DNA from: Octopus sinensis
Taxonomy: Eukaryota
Reading direction: 5' to 3'
Assembly (NCBI RefSeq): GCF_006345805.1
Contig: NC_042997.1
Span: 163,804,001 to 163,868,000, forward strand
DNA length: 64,000 nt
Position numbers and translations under genes: made by a program. The notes beneath the pieces were generated by a model that did not search any database, was not told the DNA's origin, and was given only the letters and a program-made list of their open reading frames with translations. Of this stretch, positions 38,380 through 51,700 are shown in pieces. How positions within the stretch are numbered: the stretch's first letter is position 1; every line of letters begins with the position of its first letter.

Positions 38380-41300
38380 GATAAGGTAATCGAGGTAGTC
38401 AGAGTATGTGACAGAATACTGAAAATTAGATTAGTGCTCCATCATAGTTTAGCGACTTTTATATCGGCCTATGCCCCTCAGCCAGGGCTACCCGATGGAC
38501 AGAAAGACCGTTTCTATGACACCCTACTGCAGACCACCTCATTGACGAATGACAGGGACCTTCTCTTTGTGGCTGGTGACTTCAATGGGCATGTTGGACG
38601 ATATGCTGGGGCTTCCATGGCGTATATGGAGGCTACGGTTATGGTTCCCGCAACAAGGAGGGAACCAGGCTGCTGGAGTTCTGTGATGCGAATAGTCTTA
38701 TGGTTTGCAACACTAACTTCAGGAAACCGACAAGCCACTTGGTCACCTACCGATCGGGCCGGCATACTAGCCAAATCGATTACATCCTTGCCAGAAAAAG
38801 GGAAAGATGGCTGCTTATAAATGCCAAAACCTTCCCAGGCGAAGAATGTACCCCACAACATAGACTGGTAGTTAGTGACTTTAGGATCAGGACTAAGAGG
38901 ACGACTAGAAGACGACCAGCATGGAGAAGAAGGGTCTGGAAGCTTAAAGACCCTGCAAATGGACAGAGATTTAGAGACATGTTACTTGAAGCCTTTGACG
39001 AAATAGAAGGGGGTATAGCTACACATGGGGTAGAAGATAACTGGACGCTTCTAAGGGACAACCTGCTGAAAGCCAGATCTGTGGCTGGTGCAAAGTCCCC
39101 TCAAGACCCAAAATAACGTGGTGGTGGAACAATATTGTTGACAGGGCTATTAGACAAAAGAAACAGGCTTGGAAGGACTGGAAGAACGGTGGTATCAGAC
39201 TGCCAGAAGGGAAGCTAGGAGGCAGGTGTATTTAGCCAGAGGGGAAGCAGATAAGAAAAAATTTGCCGATGTTCTGCGCCGTGAGGATGAAAGACTTGAG
39301 GTATTTCGTGTTGCAAGACAGTGTGTGAGAGAGAATCGTGACGTGGTAGGAGAGAAATGTGTTCGCAAGGATGACGGTTCACTTGCGCTAAATGAGGATG
39401 CAAAGAGAGAGGTTTGGAGATGCCACTATGAAAGGTTGCTGAATGAGGAAAATGAATGGGATAAAGAGAGTCTGCCAAATGTTGACCCAACAGAGGGACC
39501 AGCAATCCGAATTGACAGTTCCTTAGTAGTTAAGACAATTACAAGCATGAAAACAGGGAAAGCCCCTGGCCCATCAGTAATTACTGCAGAGATGCTGAAA
39601 ATATCTGGTAGTGTTGGCTATAGCCTAGTCACCCGTATAGTTAACCAGGTGATACACGAAGGAGTACTGGTGTCGCAGCATAATAGTCAACTGCTACAAA
39701 GGTAAAGGTGACGCTCTAGATACAAATAACTACAGGGGTATCAAGCTGCTGGATCAGGTAATGAAGGTCACGGAGAGGGTTATAGCCCAACTAATTAGAG
39801 AGAAAGTTAGCTTAGATGAAATGCAGTTTGGGTTTGTGCCAGGGAAAAGTACTACTGATGCTATATTCCTGGTAAGACAGCTGCAGGAGAAATACCTAGC
39901 CAAAGATAAGCCCCTGTACCTGGCTTTTGTTGATATGGAGAAAGCCTTCGACAGGGTCCCCCGATCCCTTATCTGGTGGTCAATGAGAAAACTAGGGATA
40001 GATGAATGGTTAGTGAGAGCTGTGCGAGCCATGTACAGAGACGCTGCTAGTAAGGTGAGGGTTGGCAACGAGTACAGTGAAGAATTCCGGGTAGAGGTTG
40101 GGGTCCACCAAGGTTCAGTCCTCAGTCCCTTCCTATTTATCATAGTCCTCCAGGCAATAATGGAGGAATTCAAGACAGGATGCCCCTGGGAGCTCCTCTA
40201 TGCTGATGACCTTGCTCTTATTGCTGAGTCACTATCAGAACTGGAGGAGAAGTTTTAGGTGTGGAAGCAAGGTTTAGAATCGAAGGGCCTTAGAATCAAC
40301 CTAGCCAAAACCAAAGTCCTAATAAGTAGGAAGGTAGACCAATCACAAACGCCTTCAGGTAGATGGCCCTGCTCGATCTGTAAAAAAGGCGTAGGTAGAA
40401 ACTCTATAAGATGCACCAAGTGTAAGCTATGGACACATAAGAGGTGTAGCAATATCAAAGGAAGGCTAATTAGGAAAATAGTTTTTATCTGTGGCAGATG
40501 TTCAGGAGCAATAAACACTGAAAATGTGCAGAGACCAACTTCTACCACGTTCCAGGGAGAGAAACTAGAAGTAGTTGATAGCTTCCACTACCTAGGTGAC
40601 CAAGTCAGTTGCGGGGGTGGGTGTGCTGAAAGTGTAACTGCTAGAGTAAGAATAGCCTGGGCAAAGTTTAGAGAGCTCTTACCCCTGCTGGTGACAAAAG
40701 GCCTCTCGCTCAGAGTAAAAGGCAGACTGTATAATGCATGTGTACGTACAGCCATGCTTCGTGGTAGTGAAACATGGGCTGTGACTGCTGAGGATATGCG
40801 TAAGCTCGCAAGAAATGAAGCCAGTATGCTCCGTTGGATGTGTAATGTCAGTGTTCATAATCGACAGAGTGTAAGTACTTTGAGAGAAAAATTGGACCTA
40901 AGAAGCATCAGTTGTGGTGTGCAAGAGAGATGTTTGCGCTGGTATGGTCATGTGACAAGAATGGCTGAAGATAGTTGTGTGCGAAAGTGCCACACCCTAG
41001 CAGTTGAGGGAACCTGTGGAAGAGGTAGACCCAGGAAAACCTGGGACGAGGTGGTGAAGCACGACCTTCGAACTTTAGGTCTCACCAAGGAAATGACTAG
41101 AGACCGAGACCTAAGGAAGTATGCTGTGTGTGAGAAGACCCGGCAAGACTAGTGAGAACATAACCTGTGGCCTACATACCTTTCCTTCTTGGGACACAAA
41201 ACTCCACTTGTGAAGACCCGTTGAGGCAAATCAAAATCAAAATCAAAATCAAAATCAAACCAAATCAAATCAGATATCAGAAAGCAGAACCAAAATCGAA

Positions 41301-41875
41301 GTCGATCAACATCAATGGAAATTGCAGCTGTGGTACCAGTGCCAGTGACAAGTAAGCGAACCATCCGATCGTGGCCATTGCCAACACCGCCCCAATTAGC
41401 CTTTGTGCCGGTGGCACGTAAAAGCACCATCCGTTCATGTCCGTTTCCAGCCTCGCCTGGCCCCCGTGCCGGTGGCACGTAGCACCATCCATTCGTGGCC
41501 GTTGCCAGCCTTGCCTGGACCCCGTGCCGGTGGCACGTAGCACCATCCATTCGTGGCCGTTGCCAGTCTCACCTGGCCCCCTGGCTCACCTGGCACGTAG
41601 CTGTTGCCAGCCTCGCCTGGCCCCCGTGCCGGTGGCATGTAAAAGCACCATCCGTTCGTGGCCGTTTGCCAGCTCTGTCTGGCACCTGTGCGGGTGGCAC
41701 GTAAAAAGCACCCACTACACTCACGGAGTGGTTGGCATTAGGAAGGGCATCCAGCCGTAGAAACACTGCCAGATCAGACTGGGCCTGATGCAGCCTTCTG
41801 GCTTCACAGACCCCAGTTGAACCGTCCAACCCATGCTAGCATGGAAAGCGGACGCTAAATGATGATGATGATGAT
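38380..41875 (+). mobile_element. Young, 5'-truncated RTE-clade LINE (family 1): partial APE, RT, PHD-like finger, 3'UTR with minisatellite, (GAT)n tail; inactivated
   Basis: ORF pieces FISAYAPQ...AGDFNGHVG, SQIDYILAR...PQHRLVV, GKSTTDAIFLVRQLQEKY...DMEKAFDRVPR...HQGSVLSPFLF...LLYADDL, then 40259-41152. A few frameshifts and a TAG at 40256-40258. Confidence 0.95.
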
Positions 41876-41926
41876 ATATATATATATATATAAATATTAC
41901 TTGTTTTAACTGCAGATGCAGTATGG

Positions 41927-42000
<74 letters not shown>

Positions 42001-42004
42001 TGTG

Positions 42005-43270
42005 TGGTCCTGTGCATATAAAAGGAGATTAGTTCAGATTTTCAAAAAACTCAGGGTGTGTGACTAAAATGGAGCATTATGGCCAACTCTTCTGCACATA
42101 AGTTCCTATTCTGATCATATACTTGAGCATGGTCTATGATTCTCCAATTGATATCATACTTAAGTGGTCTGTAAGTTTTTAAGTGGCCATGTGTACTGTC
42201 TTCTCTTCAGATGATGTTTTTGAAGGAGTATGCAATAGAATCAAGATTTGAAAGTATTCTTGGTGAAAGTTATTTATAGTTTAAGTGTGTAGTTAAGCCA
42301 TCTCCCTGGTACACTATAATCCTTCAGAACATTGACCACAGAAAGGGTAATTTCATGAGATTAATGCAAAATGCATACCACTACAGGGTTTGGGCTTTTG
42401 GTGATGATATTCATATACAAGGCAAAGTTAGCTGCACAACTATAGCTTATTTTCACATTGTTTCTGTTAAATATTGTATGGCATATATGATTGTTATATC
42501 AAAGAAAAAAAAACATCTGCAATTTATCTTGGCATTGAGACTGAAGACAGTCTGAATCACAATATTTTGCATTTACTTTGTTTACAGGAATTTGGGTCAA
42601 TTGTAGTTTTATATATTAAATTTGGTGAAAGGGTCACATTTAAGGATATACTTAACAAGCATAGCTGATATTCTTAACTACATATTTAATGATATTGGAT
42701 GAGTGATTAGAACTTTCATTAATGTACGATAGCCTTTTATTGTGTTTTCTAAAGGGATGGTAGCTGACAATTTAGGATTAGTGTCATGTCAAGAAGAATC
42801 CTATGCTTAGATTTGTGCCTGTAGTGATTTTTAGATTAAGTTCTGTGAAAAGGGTTGATGAGGTTTTCCTTAAAATTGTCCAACTTACGACTGTTCATAT
42901 TTTATACTACGAGCCAACCATCATAATATATGCTACATTGAAGGGTACTGAATTTTGCGTGTGATAAATGCATTATGTACAGGCCTATGATCTCATAAAT
43001 CTCAGCTGAATCTTTGCAATCCTATGGCCAATTGAAAGATGTGTTGTCATCTTTTTTTCATAGAAATGACTTTGTCAAAGGAAAATAATGCTTGTCCAAT
43101 GTGCACTGTGATATTTATATTGTAAAGCTGAGCAGATATTGGTAGCTAGAACTTTCATATATTAAATTGTGTAAATTTATAAAGTTACTAGCTGCTAATG
43201 CTAGAAGGTCATTTAATTAGAAATCATTTAAGCTAAAGATGTTGTTCTATAAAAATTCTCATGAATTTTT
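42005..43270 (-). mobile_element. Penelope-like element remnant (RT C-terminal half plus GIY-YIG region)
   Basis: AEIYEIIGLYI, YYDGWLVV, NLKITTGTNLSIGFFLDMTL, INESSNHSSNIIKY, HTIFNRNNVKISYSC and YDINWRIIDHAQVYDQNRNLCAEE are all Penelope-type motifs, in the expected order. Confidence 0.82.
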
Positions 43271-43670
43271 TTTTTATCAATTTTTATAAATTTATACTCA
43301 TTCAAATGCACAAGTGTGGAATAAATAATTCTCACCAAAAAGTTCTATTTCAGATAGTTTCCAGTTTTTATCTCATTTAAATTGTAACCATAATAAAGTT
43401 CTCTCTTTGTTCACAGAAGGAAGATGGATGGTCACTCTTTGATGAATGGCCAACCATCCCTGAAGCATTTCAGTATAATCTCCTTATTTTTCTATGAGAG
43501 GAAATTAACAAGATATAGTTATATTTCCTTTATAAAGCACAGGCTTTATAAACTGTAGGCTAACTAATAAATGCTATTTGTATATAAAATATTTTTATGT
43601 ACATACACACACAAACACATATATGCACACATTCACACACACACACACACATACACACATTTCACTAGTC

Positions 43671-44016
43671 TCGACATGGCACCCCGTTGGTTATGTGAAA
43701 TTAATGTGCAAGTGGCTGAGCACTCCACAGACACGTGCACCATTAATGTAGTTCTTGGGGAGATTCAGTGTGATACAGAGTGTGACAAGGCTGGCCCTTT
43801 GAAATACAGGTACAACAGAAACAGGAAGAAAGAGTGAGAGAAAGTTGTGGTGAAAGAATACAGCAAGGTTTGCCACCCCCACCCCCTGCTGGAGCCTCAT
43901 GGAGCTTTAGGTGTTCTCGCTCAATAAACACTCACAACGCCCTGTCTGGGAATCGAAACCAAGATCCTACGACTGCGAGTTCGCTGCCTTAAACACTGGG
44001 CCATTGGGCCTCCACA
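43671..44016 (-). mobile_element. tRNA-derived SINE, family B
   Basis: Reverse complement of the 8614 element; imperfect flanking repeat tcactagtct/tcactaatct. Confidence 0.85.
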
Positions 44017-45856
44017 TCACTAATCTAAGTCTGTTGTAAACATACTAACAGGGAGGTAGCATTAAATATTAGTAAAGAGCGGACAATTATATTTTCCCAA
44101 ACAATGATAAAATTAAAAATGAGTGAGGTATAATTATTTTAAGCATTATAAACATTTTATCAAATGAAATATATGCAGTAAAATAAGAGTTTCTAATATA
44201 TGCACACACCTGATAATTTTGAGGGAAGGGAGTGTTACTTGATGAAATTGGTCCCAGTACTTGACAGTACATGACAGGTACTTTATTTTATCAACCTTGG
44301 AGGGTTCAGGCTGAGGTTGAATCCAGAATGTAAAGAGTCAGAAGAAATATCACAAAGTGTTTTGTCTAATACTCTATGCAGTTAATTAATACAGACATAC
44401 AAATAATACTTTAGTGACTCATAGTTATTACAAATTATCTAAAGGGAAAGTAAACTGCATAGGTGGGTTATTACAAAAACCATATTTCTAAAATATTTGT
44501 GTATTTAAAGTAGTTAGAAGAAAATAAATTTAAATCACAAAATTAGATATAATCATCATCATCATCATCATCATCATCGTCGTTTAACATCTGTTTTCCA
44601 TGCTAGCATGCGTTGGACGGTTCGACCGGGGTCTGGGAGGCCAGGAGGCTGCACCAGGCTCCAGTCTGATCTGGCAGTGTTTCTACAGCTGGATTCCCTT
44701 CCTAATGCCAACCACTCTGTGAGTGTAGTGAGTGTTTTTTACGTGCCACCAGCACAGGGCCAGAGGAGGCTGGCAAATGGCCATGATCGGTTGGTACTTT
44801 TACGTGTGACCGACACGGACGCCGGTCAGGTGGTGTGGGCATCTGCCATGTTCGGACGGTGCTTTTTACGTGTCACTGGCATGGGTATCTTAACTACAAT
44901 TTCCATTTGATTTTTATTTTGATGTTGGTGTTGACTTACTTGACTCAATAGGTCTCCTCAAGAACAAGAAAATAGATAAAAGTAAAATCTGCTCAAAAAG
45001 ACATTGAAATAGAAGTTACTGAAGATGAAGGACATTGTTAAGTGGATGAATTTAAATATTGGTATAAAACAGTAGGAAGAAATTTGGAATATGAGGAATG
45101 AAATGTTATGTTAAAAAAAAAGATAAAAAATAAGAAAATAGAAGAAAAATAATTGAATGAAACATTTAAGTAGTCCTGTTATTTGCTGTTAAGGGAGATA
45201 AGACTAAAAGACACTATTACTTTTTTGGGGAATGTTAAAGGTTTCCAAAATTTAAATGGTTTGAAGATTTTTGTGTTGACATGGTGAAACTAATTCTGAG
45301 TGGCAGTTCAGAAAAGAAAGTATAGTGAATAATAATACAATGAAGCCTTTAGAGGTTGATAGAGTTTGTTACTGCTTGTGAATTGGAATGTCTTGACATA
45401 GTTTGCAAAGAAATCTGGAAAATATACCTTCACTTCAAGTTTGGTAGAATGTGTGTCTGTGTTTGTGTGTCTGTGTATTATACAATCATTTAACATCCAC
45501 TTTTTGTGAGACAGATGTTCTAGACCAGATGCCCTCTTATTGTCAACCCTCACCTGCTGATAGTGATGCTAGTTTATAAACATCACATGATGTCAAGACA
45601 ATGGTATACACACTGACTCGACACAGGCACACACACACACATAAATATATATGGAAATGATGATGATGATGATGTTGATGATGATATACAACGGGCTTCC
45701 TTCATGTTCCTTTTACCAAATCCAATCACAAGGCTTTGGAAAGTCTGGGGCAACAGCAGAAGACACTTGCCCAAGGTTCCATACAGTGGGATTGAACATG
45801 AGATCACATGGTTAGGAAGCAAGCTTCTTAATCACACAGCCTAGCCACTACACACA

Positions 45857-45985
45857 TTTTTTCTCTCCTTGTTTTTTCTGTGTCCCTTTCTGTAGAAGAG
45901 CATAGGCTCAAAACGTAGAAGACTTTTTCTATTCCTGAGCGTTATACTAATACATCTGTTTGTTTTGTACACCACCTGTCTTCGT
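45857..45985 (+). mobile_element. Penelope pLTR-like fragment carrying a degenerate minimal hammerhead-like motif (45886-45921)
   Basis: cttt-CTGTAGA-A-GAGC-atag-GCTC-AAA-ACGT-A-gaag; the downstream part is homologous to the (TA)n-embedded fragment at 47390-47459. Confidence 0.5.
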
Positions 45986-46452
45986 CTTCACCACATACCG
46001 AAAATTTAGAAATAGTAGCCAAAAGACAGCTAATTCTTTTAACTACAAATATGACTCCACAGACAACAATATTTGTAACTCACATAGGCAAAAAGAAGAA
46101 AATACAATGAAATCAAACAGTCTATGATTAATTATGGACGCATTTCTGGATCAGAATTATACAAATTCATTTCCTTCATTGGCATAATATTTCGAGAATT
46201 ATAAATTTATAAAATTAATAAAATTTATAAAATGTATAATTCTCGAAATATTATTCCGATAAAGGAAATGAATTTATATAATTCTAATCCAGAAATGCGT
46301 CCATAATTAATCATAGACTGTTTGATTTCGTTGTTTTTTCTTCTTTTTGCTTATGTGAGTTACAAATATTGTTGTCTGTGGAGTCATATTTGTAGTTAAA
46401 AGAATTAGCTGTCTTTTGGCTACTATTTCTAAATTTTTGGTATGTGGTGAAG
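45986..46452. repeat. 467-bp palindrome (218-bp arms, 31-nt AT loop)
   Basis: Arms 45986-46203 and 46235-46452 are reverse complements with roughly ten substitutions by eye. Confidence 0.95.
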
Positions 46453-46477
46453 TAACTTGTTGTTAGACCTTTAATTA

Positions 46478-46507
<30 letters not shown>

Positions 46508-46508
<1 letters not shown>

Positions 46509-46897
46509 CGTGCCCGGTGCCGGACCCCCCTGGCACCTGTGCAGGTGGCACGTAAAAAGCACCCACTACACTCGCGGAGTGGTTGGCGTTAGGAAGGGCA
46601 TCCAGCTGTAGAAACTCTGCCAGATCAGACTGGAGCCTGGTGCAGCCCCTGGCTTCCCAGACCCCGGTCGAACCGTCCAACCCATGCTAGCGCGGAAAAC
46701 GGACGTTAAACGATGATGATGATGATGATGATATATATATGGTAAGTAGGCACAGGAGTGGCTTCCCAACCACATGGTTCCGGGTTCAGCCTCACTGCAT
46801 GGCTTCTTGGACAGGTGTCTTCTACAGTAGCCTCGGGCTGACCAAAGCCTTGTGAGTGGATTTGGTAAATGGAAACTAAAAGAAATCTGTTGAATAT

Positions 46898-46943
<46 letters not shown>

Positions 46944-47334
46944 ATATATATATCGTGCCCGGTGCCGGACCCCCCTGGCACCTGTGCAGGTGGCACGTAA
47001 AAAGCACCCACTACACTCGCGGAGTGGTTGGCATTAGGAAGGGCATCCAGCTGTAGAAACTCTGCCAGATCAGACTGGAGCCTGGTGCAGCCCCTGGCTT
47101 CCCAGACCCCGGTCGAACCGTCCAACCCATGCTAGCGCGGAAAACGGACGTTAAACGATGATGATGATGATGATGATATATATATGGTAAGTAGGCACAG
47201 GAGTGGCTTCCCAACCACATGGTTCCGGGTTCAGCCTCACTGCATGGCTTCTTGGACAGGTGTCTTCTACAGTAGCCTCGGGCTGACCAAAGCCTTGTGA
47301 GTGGATTTGGTAAATGGAAACTAAAAGAAATCTG

Positions 47335-47339
<5 letters not shown>
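46508..47339 (+). repeat. Near-identical tandem duplication (period ~445 bp) of an RTE 3' tail plus family-C SINE head, bounded by (TA)n
   Basis: Copies 46508-46893 and 46953-47339 differ only by one G/A and one GAT unit, as far as I can see. Confidence 0.92.
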
Positions 47340-47392
<53 letters not shown>

Positions 47393-48112
47393 TAATACAA
47401 TTGTTTGTTTGTACTCCACCTGCTTTCGTCTTTTGTTTATTTTCATAAAGCTTCCCGTTATATATATATATATATATGCATGTATGTATTTGTGTGTCTG
47501 TGTTTATCCCCTCACTATCGCTTGACAACCAATGTTGGTATGTATATGTCCCTGTAACTTAGCAGTTCGGCAAAAGAGACCGATAGAATAAGTAATAGGC
47601 TTACAAAGAATTTGTTTGACTAAAGGCGGTGCTCCAGCATGGCCACAGTCAAATGACCGAAACCAGTAAAGAGAATAAAAAAAGACAAAAACAAATATAT
47701 AGGATGAAGTATTGAAGACATGGGACAAAGTATTAAAGGCCGATATCAAAATGCTGAATCTTATGAAAGAGATGAAAGAGGACCAAGCTATGTGGTGCAT
47801 TGCTGTACTCAAGAAGACCCATCCATCACAACAGAACTGAGACCCTAAAACAAAGGTGTCATGTAAAAAACTATGTTGTGGATGCTGGTAATACGTAAAA
47901 TGTATTGGTGCTGGTGCCATGTAAAACATACTGGTGATGGTGCCATGTAAAATGCACCCAGTACACTCTGTGGAGTGGTTGGCATTAGGAAAGGCATCTA
48001 GCCATAGAAAACAAGCAAACACAGTGTATGGAACCTGGTGCAACTCCTGACTTTGCCAATTCCTGTAAAGCTGTCCAACCCATGCCAGCATGTAAAAACG
48101 GGCATTAAATGC

Positions 48113-48146
<34 letters not shown>

Positions 48147-48525
48147 ATATATATACAAACACACAGAGAGATTATTTGGCACTGAAATATGACAAGATGA
48201 CTAAACTTTATAGATTGAGCAAGTCAGTTGTCATTCAGGATGATATAGTGGGTGACATATTGATTTCAGCAAAGTCACAAGAAGATGGGTGTGAAAACTT
48301 GACATATATACTTTATTGTTGATCTAGCCAGCAACTTTATGGCATATTCAATGTTTACATTTCACATTTTCACCTTCATTCTCTCTTCTGAACCAACATG
48401 AAGTAATGTCATCCAACGTACCATACTGGATGATATGTGATACACCTGATCTAGAAATTTATGACTTCTTGCCATAGTGCACTGGACAGTAACTGGTGAG
48501 TAACTTATATATGTATGTATATATA

Positions 48526-48587
<62 letters not shown>

Positions 48588-49229
48588 CCATAATATCACA
48601 CAACACATGTACACATCTGTATGCACTTGTATGTATGTGTGTGCATGTACTTGCTTTTTGATGCCCTTCACTACCGACATTTTATCAAACATATTCCCAA
48701 CTGGATATTGACAGCACGATGCCATAAATATAAAACAAGAAAATATGACACTATTTGAGAAAAAAATATCTTGACTTGAATAACATCAGAATCTCATTGG
48801 CATGAAATTAGCCACAAAATTTAAGGTCATAAGAAAGTAGTAACATTTATCACTATATAAAATATTTATTGCAATATGATATAATGCATAAGATATTTAT
48901 TGGAATAAATCATTGTTTCAACACCCATTTTTCTATGCTTGCATGGATTATATGGAATTAACTGATGAAGATTTTCTATGACTAGATGCCCTTCCTGTCT
49001 AGTTGTTCTATTTTCTGCTTGTTGTGTATCACTTTTGTGTTGTGGGATTCAACTAATATATCTGTTTGCATTATTTTGAATCAATCCTAGGGTGCTTATT
49101 ACTAGTATTATAGAGCAATTTTCTGTTTTAAACACCATATTCTGACCAGTTCCACTTCTGGAAACATGGCTGGGAAACAAACTTCTTAATCATACAGCCA
49201 TGACCATGCTGGTGCTAAACTGTTTCTTT

Positions 49230-49830
49230 ATTACTTTTTTCTTTCTGAACAACTTGCTACAGAGACTTCTCTTCACATTGTTTAGCATGATATTTTACAA
49301 TACTATTTCCAGCTTGATTTTTAGCATCTTTATAATTTCTGTTTTCATCACAGCCCTCTCTCTCTCTTATCTCAGCTTCTGTTTGTATTTATTGGCTCCC
49401 TTAAAGATACAAAATAGGTTTTTGTTTTGTGCACAGTTTGTTGCCATCTGTATTAGTTTCCCTTTATTGTTTATTAGATATTTTTGTACAGTAGATTATA
49501 ATAATTTTCTAGTTGCAGAAGACCCTCTCTGTATAATATAAATATAATCTTTCTGTGTTGAATTTTGGGTGGTGCATTCTATATACAGCCAGTATTTTAC
49601 TTGTTTTCCTGTGTACACAACTAAAACTTATTCCTGAAACATCTAAAGCATTGATGTCTATTACCTTATTTTTAGAAATTAGCTTTCCTTCTATTATTAA
49701 TCTAATATGTCTAATATTCTTTCATAATATTTTCTTTCATATGTGTGTATTGTACTCTGTTTAGTTCATTAATTCCAAATATTCCAAAGTCTGTGTTTGG
49801 TACAATTATCTCTGTTTCTTTATCTGACAA
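49230..49830 (-). mobile_element. R4/Dong-like non-LTR retrotransposon remnant
   Basis: Minus translation INALDVSGISFS...RKTSKILAVYRMHHPKFNTERLY resembles the post-RT motif DRKTRK.L....HHPK.D.ERLY of R4-clade elements. Confidence 0.55.
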
Positions 49831-50060
49831 GTATTAGTGGAATTGTGGTGCTATTATTATTTTATTATTAACATATTATAGACTATTATCTCATTGTTAA
49901 GATAATTATTTACTAATGATTCAAACATGTAAAATTGTGTGTATGTGTGTGCATAAGCATATGTGTGTGTATGTGTGTGAGAGAGAGATAGAGAAATAGA
50001 GACAGAGAAAGGAGAGAGAGATAGAGAAATAAAGAGAGAGAGAGAGAGAAATAGAGAGAG

Positions 50061-50113
<53 letters not shown>

Positions 50114-50471
50114 TATCAAAATTATAGCTGGTTATAAGCTTATCTTAACTTCCTGGCATGTGTCAAAGTTCCTACTGATTAGCATCAGAGCAGAACCATC
50201 ACCAGATACTTGAGGAAAAAGACATCATTAACCATAACAACATTGAAAAGTGTGTTACACTTTTAACTATTCTCACTATCATTATATCATTTTAGACTCG
50301 TTGATGTCTATGGTAGACTGCAAAATCAATGACATATACAAAAACTCTAAGTATAATGAAATACTCCTGTTTGTAACCATACAATTATAACAGAGTTTGT
50401 TTATTTGTAACAGGGAAATGATTTAGTAGTTTTGAGATTTTGTATAAAAACCAATAAGCACTGCACAATAC

Positions 50472-50502
<31 letters not shown>

Positions 50503-50770
50503 CGAATGTGGTCATTGCCAGCCCCATCACCCTGACGGTCTCCTGTGCTGGTGGCATGTAAAAAGCACCATCCAAACATGATTGATGCCAGCCCCCACGC
50601 CCCATCTGGCTCCTGTGCTAACGGCACATAAAAAGCACCCACTACAATCTCGGAATGGTTGGCATTAAGAAGGGCATCCAGCTGTAGAAACACTGTCCAA
50701 CCCATGCCACCATGGAAAACGGATGTTAAATGATGATGATGATATTGATGATGATGATGATGATGATATA

Positions 50771-51700
50771 TAATGGGTCATTCCATAAACAATGCGGTTT
50801 TTTTTCAGTTGCATGGACTAAAAGTTGGAAGGAGACAGGATAAACTATCTGCATTAACTTGCTATAAAAGCAAGTAGTACTTTTACCTTGTCCATATTCT
50901 TAGTGTATGTTTTGAAGAATGCTGTTCGATTTTAACAGTTATTTTTTCAAAGCCATAATGGAAGTGACAAAGGAGCATATTTGGCATATTTTGGTTTATG
51001 AGTTCAATAAAGGAAACAATGCAACAGAAAGTGCGAGGAATATTAATGCAGTATATGGGGATCGGGCAATGAGTATAAGCCAGTATCAGAAGTAGTTCCA
51101 GAAATTCCAAGCTGGAAACTACAGTCTAGAAGATGAGCCTTGTCCTGGAAGATCTGTAGAGCTCACCGAGGATGTCCTGCAAACCCTGGTGGAACAAAAT
51201 CCCATCGAAACTGTTGAGGAACTAGCAGAAAAGCTTAGATTTTGTCATTCAACTATTCATTGACACCTGCATGCCATCAGAAAAGTTAGCAAATTGGTTT
51301 CAAGACAAAAGGTGTTCTTCCATCAGGATAATGCTTGGCAACATACAGCAAGGATGACATTCCAAAGGCTGGAGCAGTTTGAATTGGAAACGATGCTCCA
51401 TCCACCATATTCACCATACATTGCCCCATCTGATTATCATTTATTCCGCAGACTTCAAAATCATTTGGACAGAAAAAGTATGAATTTTGTGGATGAGGCC
51501 AGAACAGTACTGGAGGAGTATTTTTTGTCATGGACAAGTGAATTTTGGAAGATGGGCCTTGTAAATATAGCAGATAGATGGAAGAGTATTGTAGAAAATG
51601 AAGGAGAGTATATTTTGGATTAAAATATAACTTTATTTATCTTAATTCTGAAAAATAAAAGAAGTATAAAAAACTGCATTAATTATGGGAACATCCAATA
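50771..51700 (+). mobile_element. Internally deleted mariner transposon with degenerate TIRs
   Basis: TIRs taatgggtcattccataaacaatgcggtttttt and aaaaaactgcattaattatgggaacatccaata at TA sites; HIWHILVYEFNKGNNATESARNINAVYGD; HQDNAWQH...HPPYSPYIAPSDYHLFRRLQNHL. Confidence 0.92.

Noticed and set aside
48180-48500. Minus-strand frame MARSHKFLDQVYHISSSMVRWM as a transposase or exon
   Set aside because: No diagnostic motif, stops in all frames, and no splice support.
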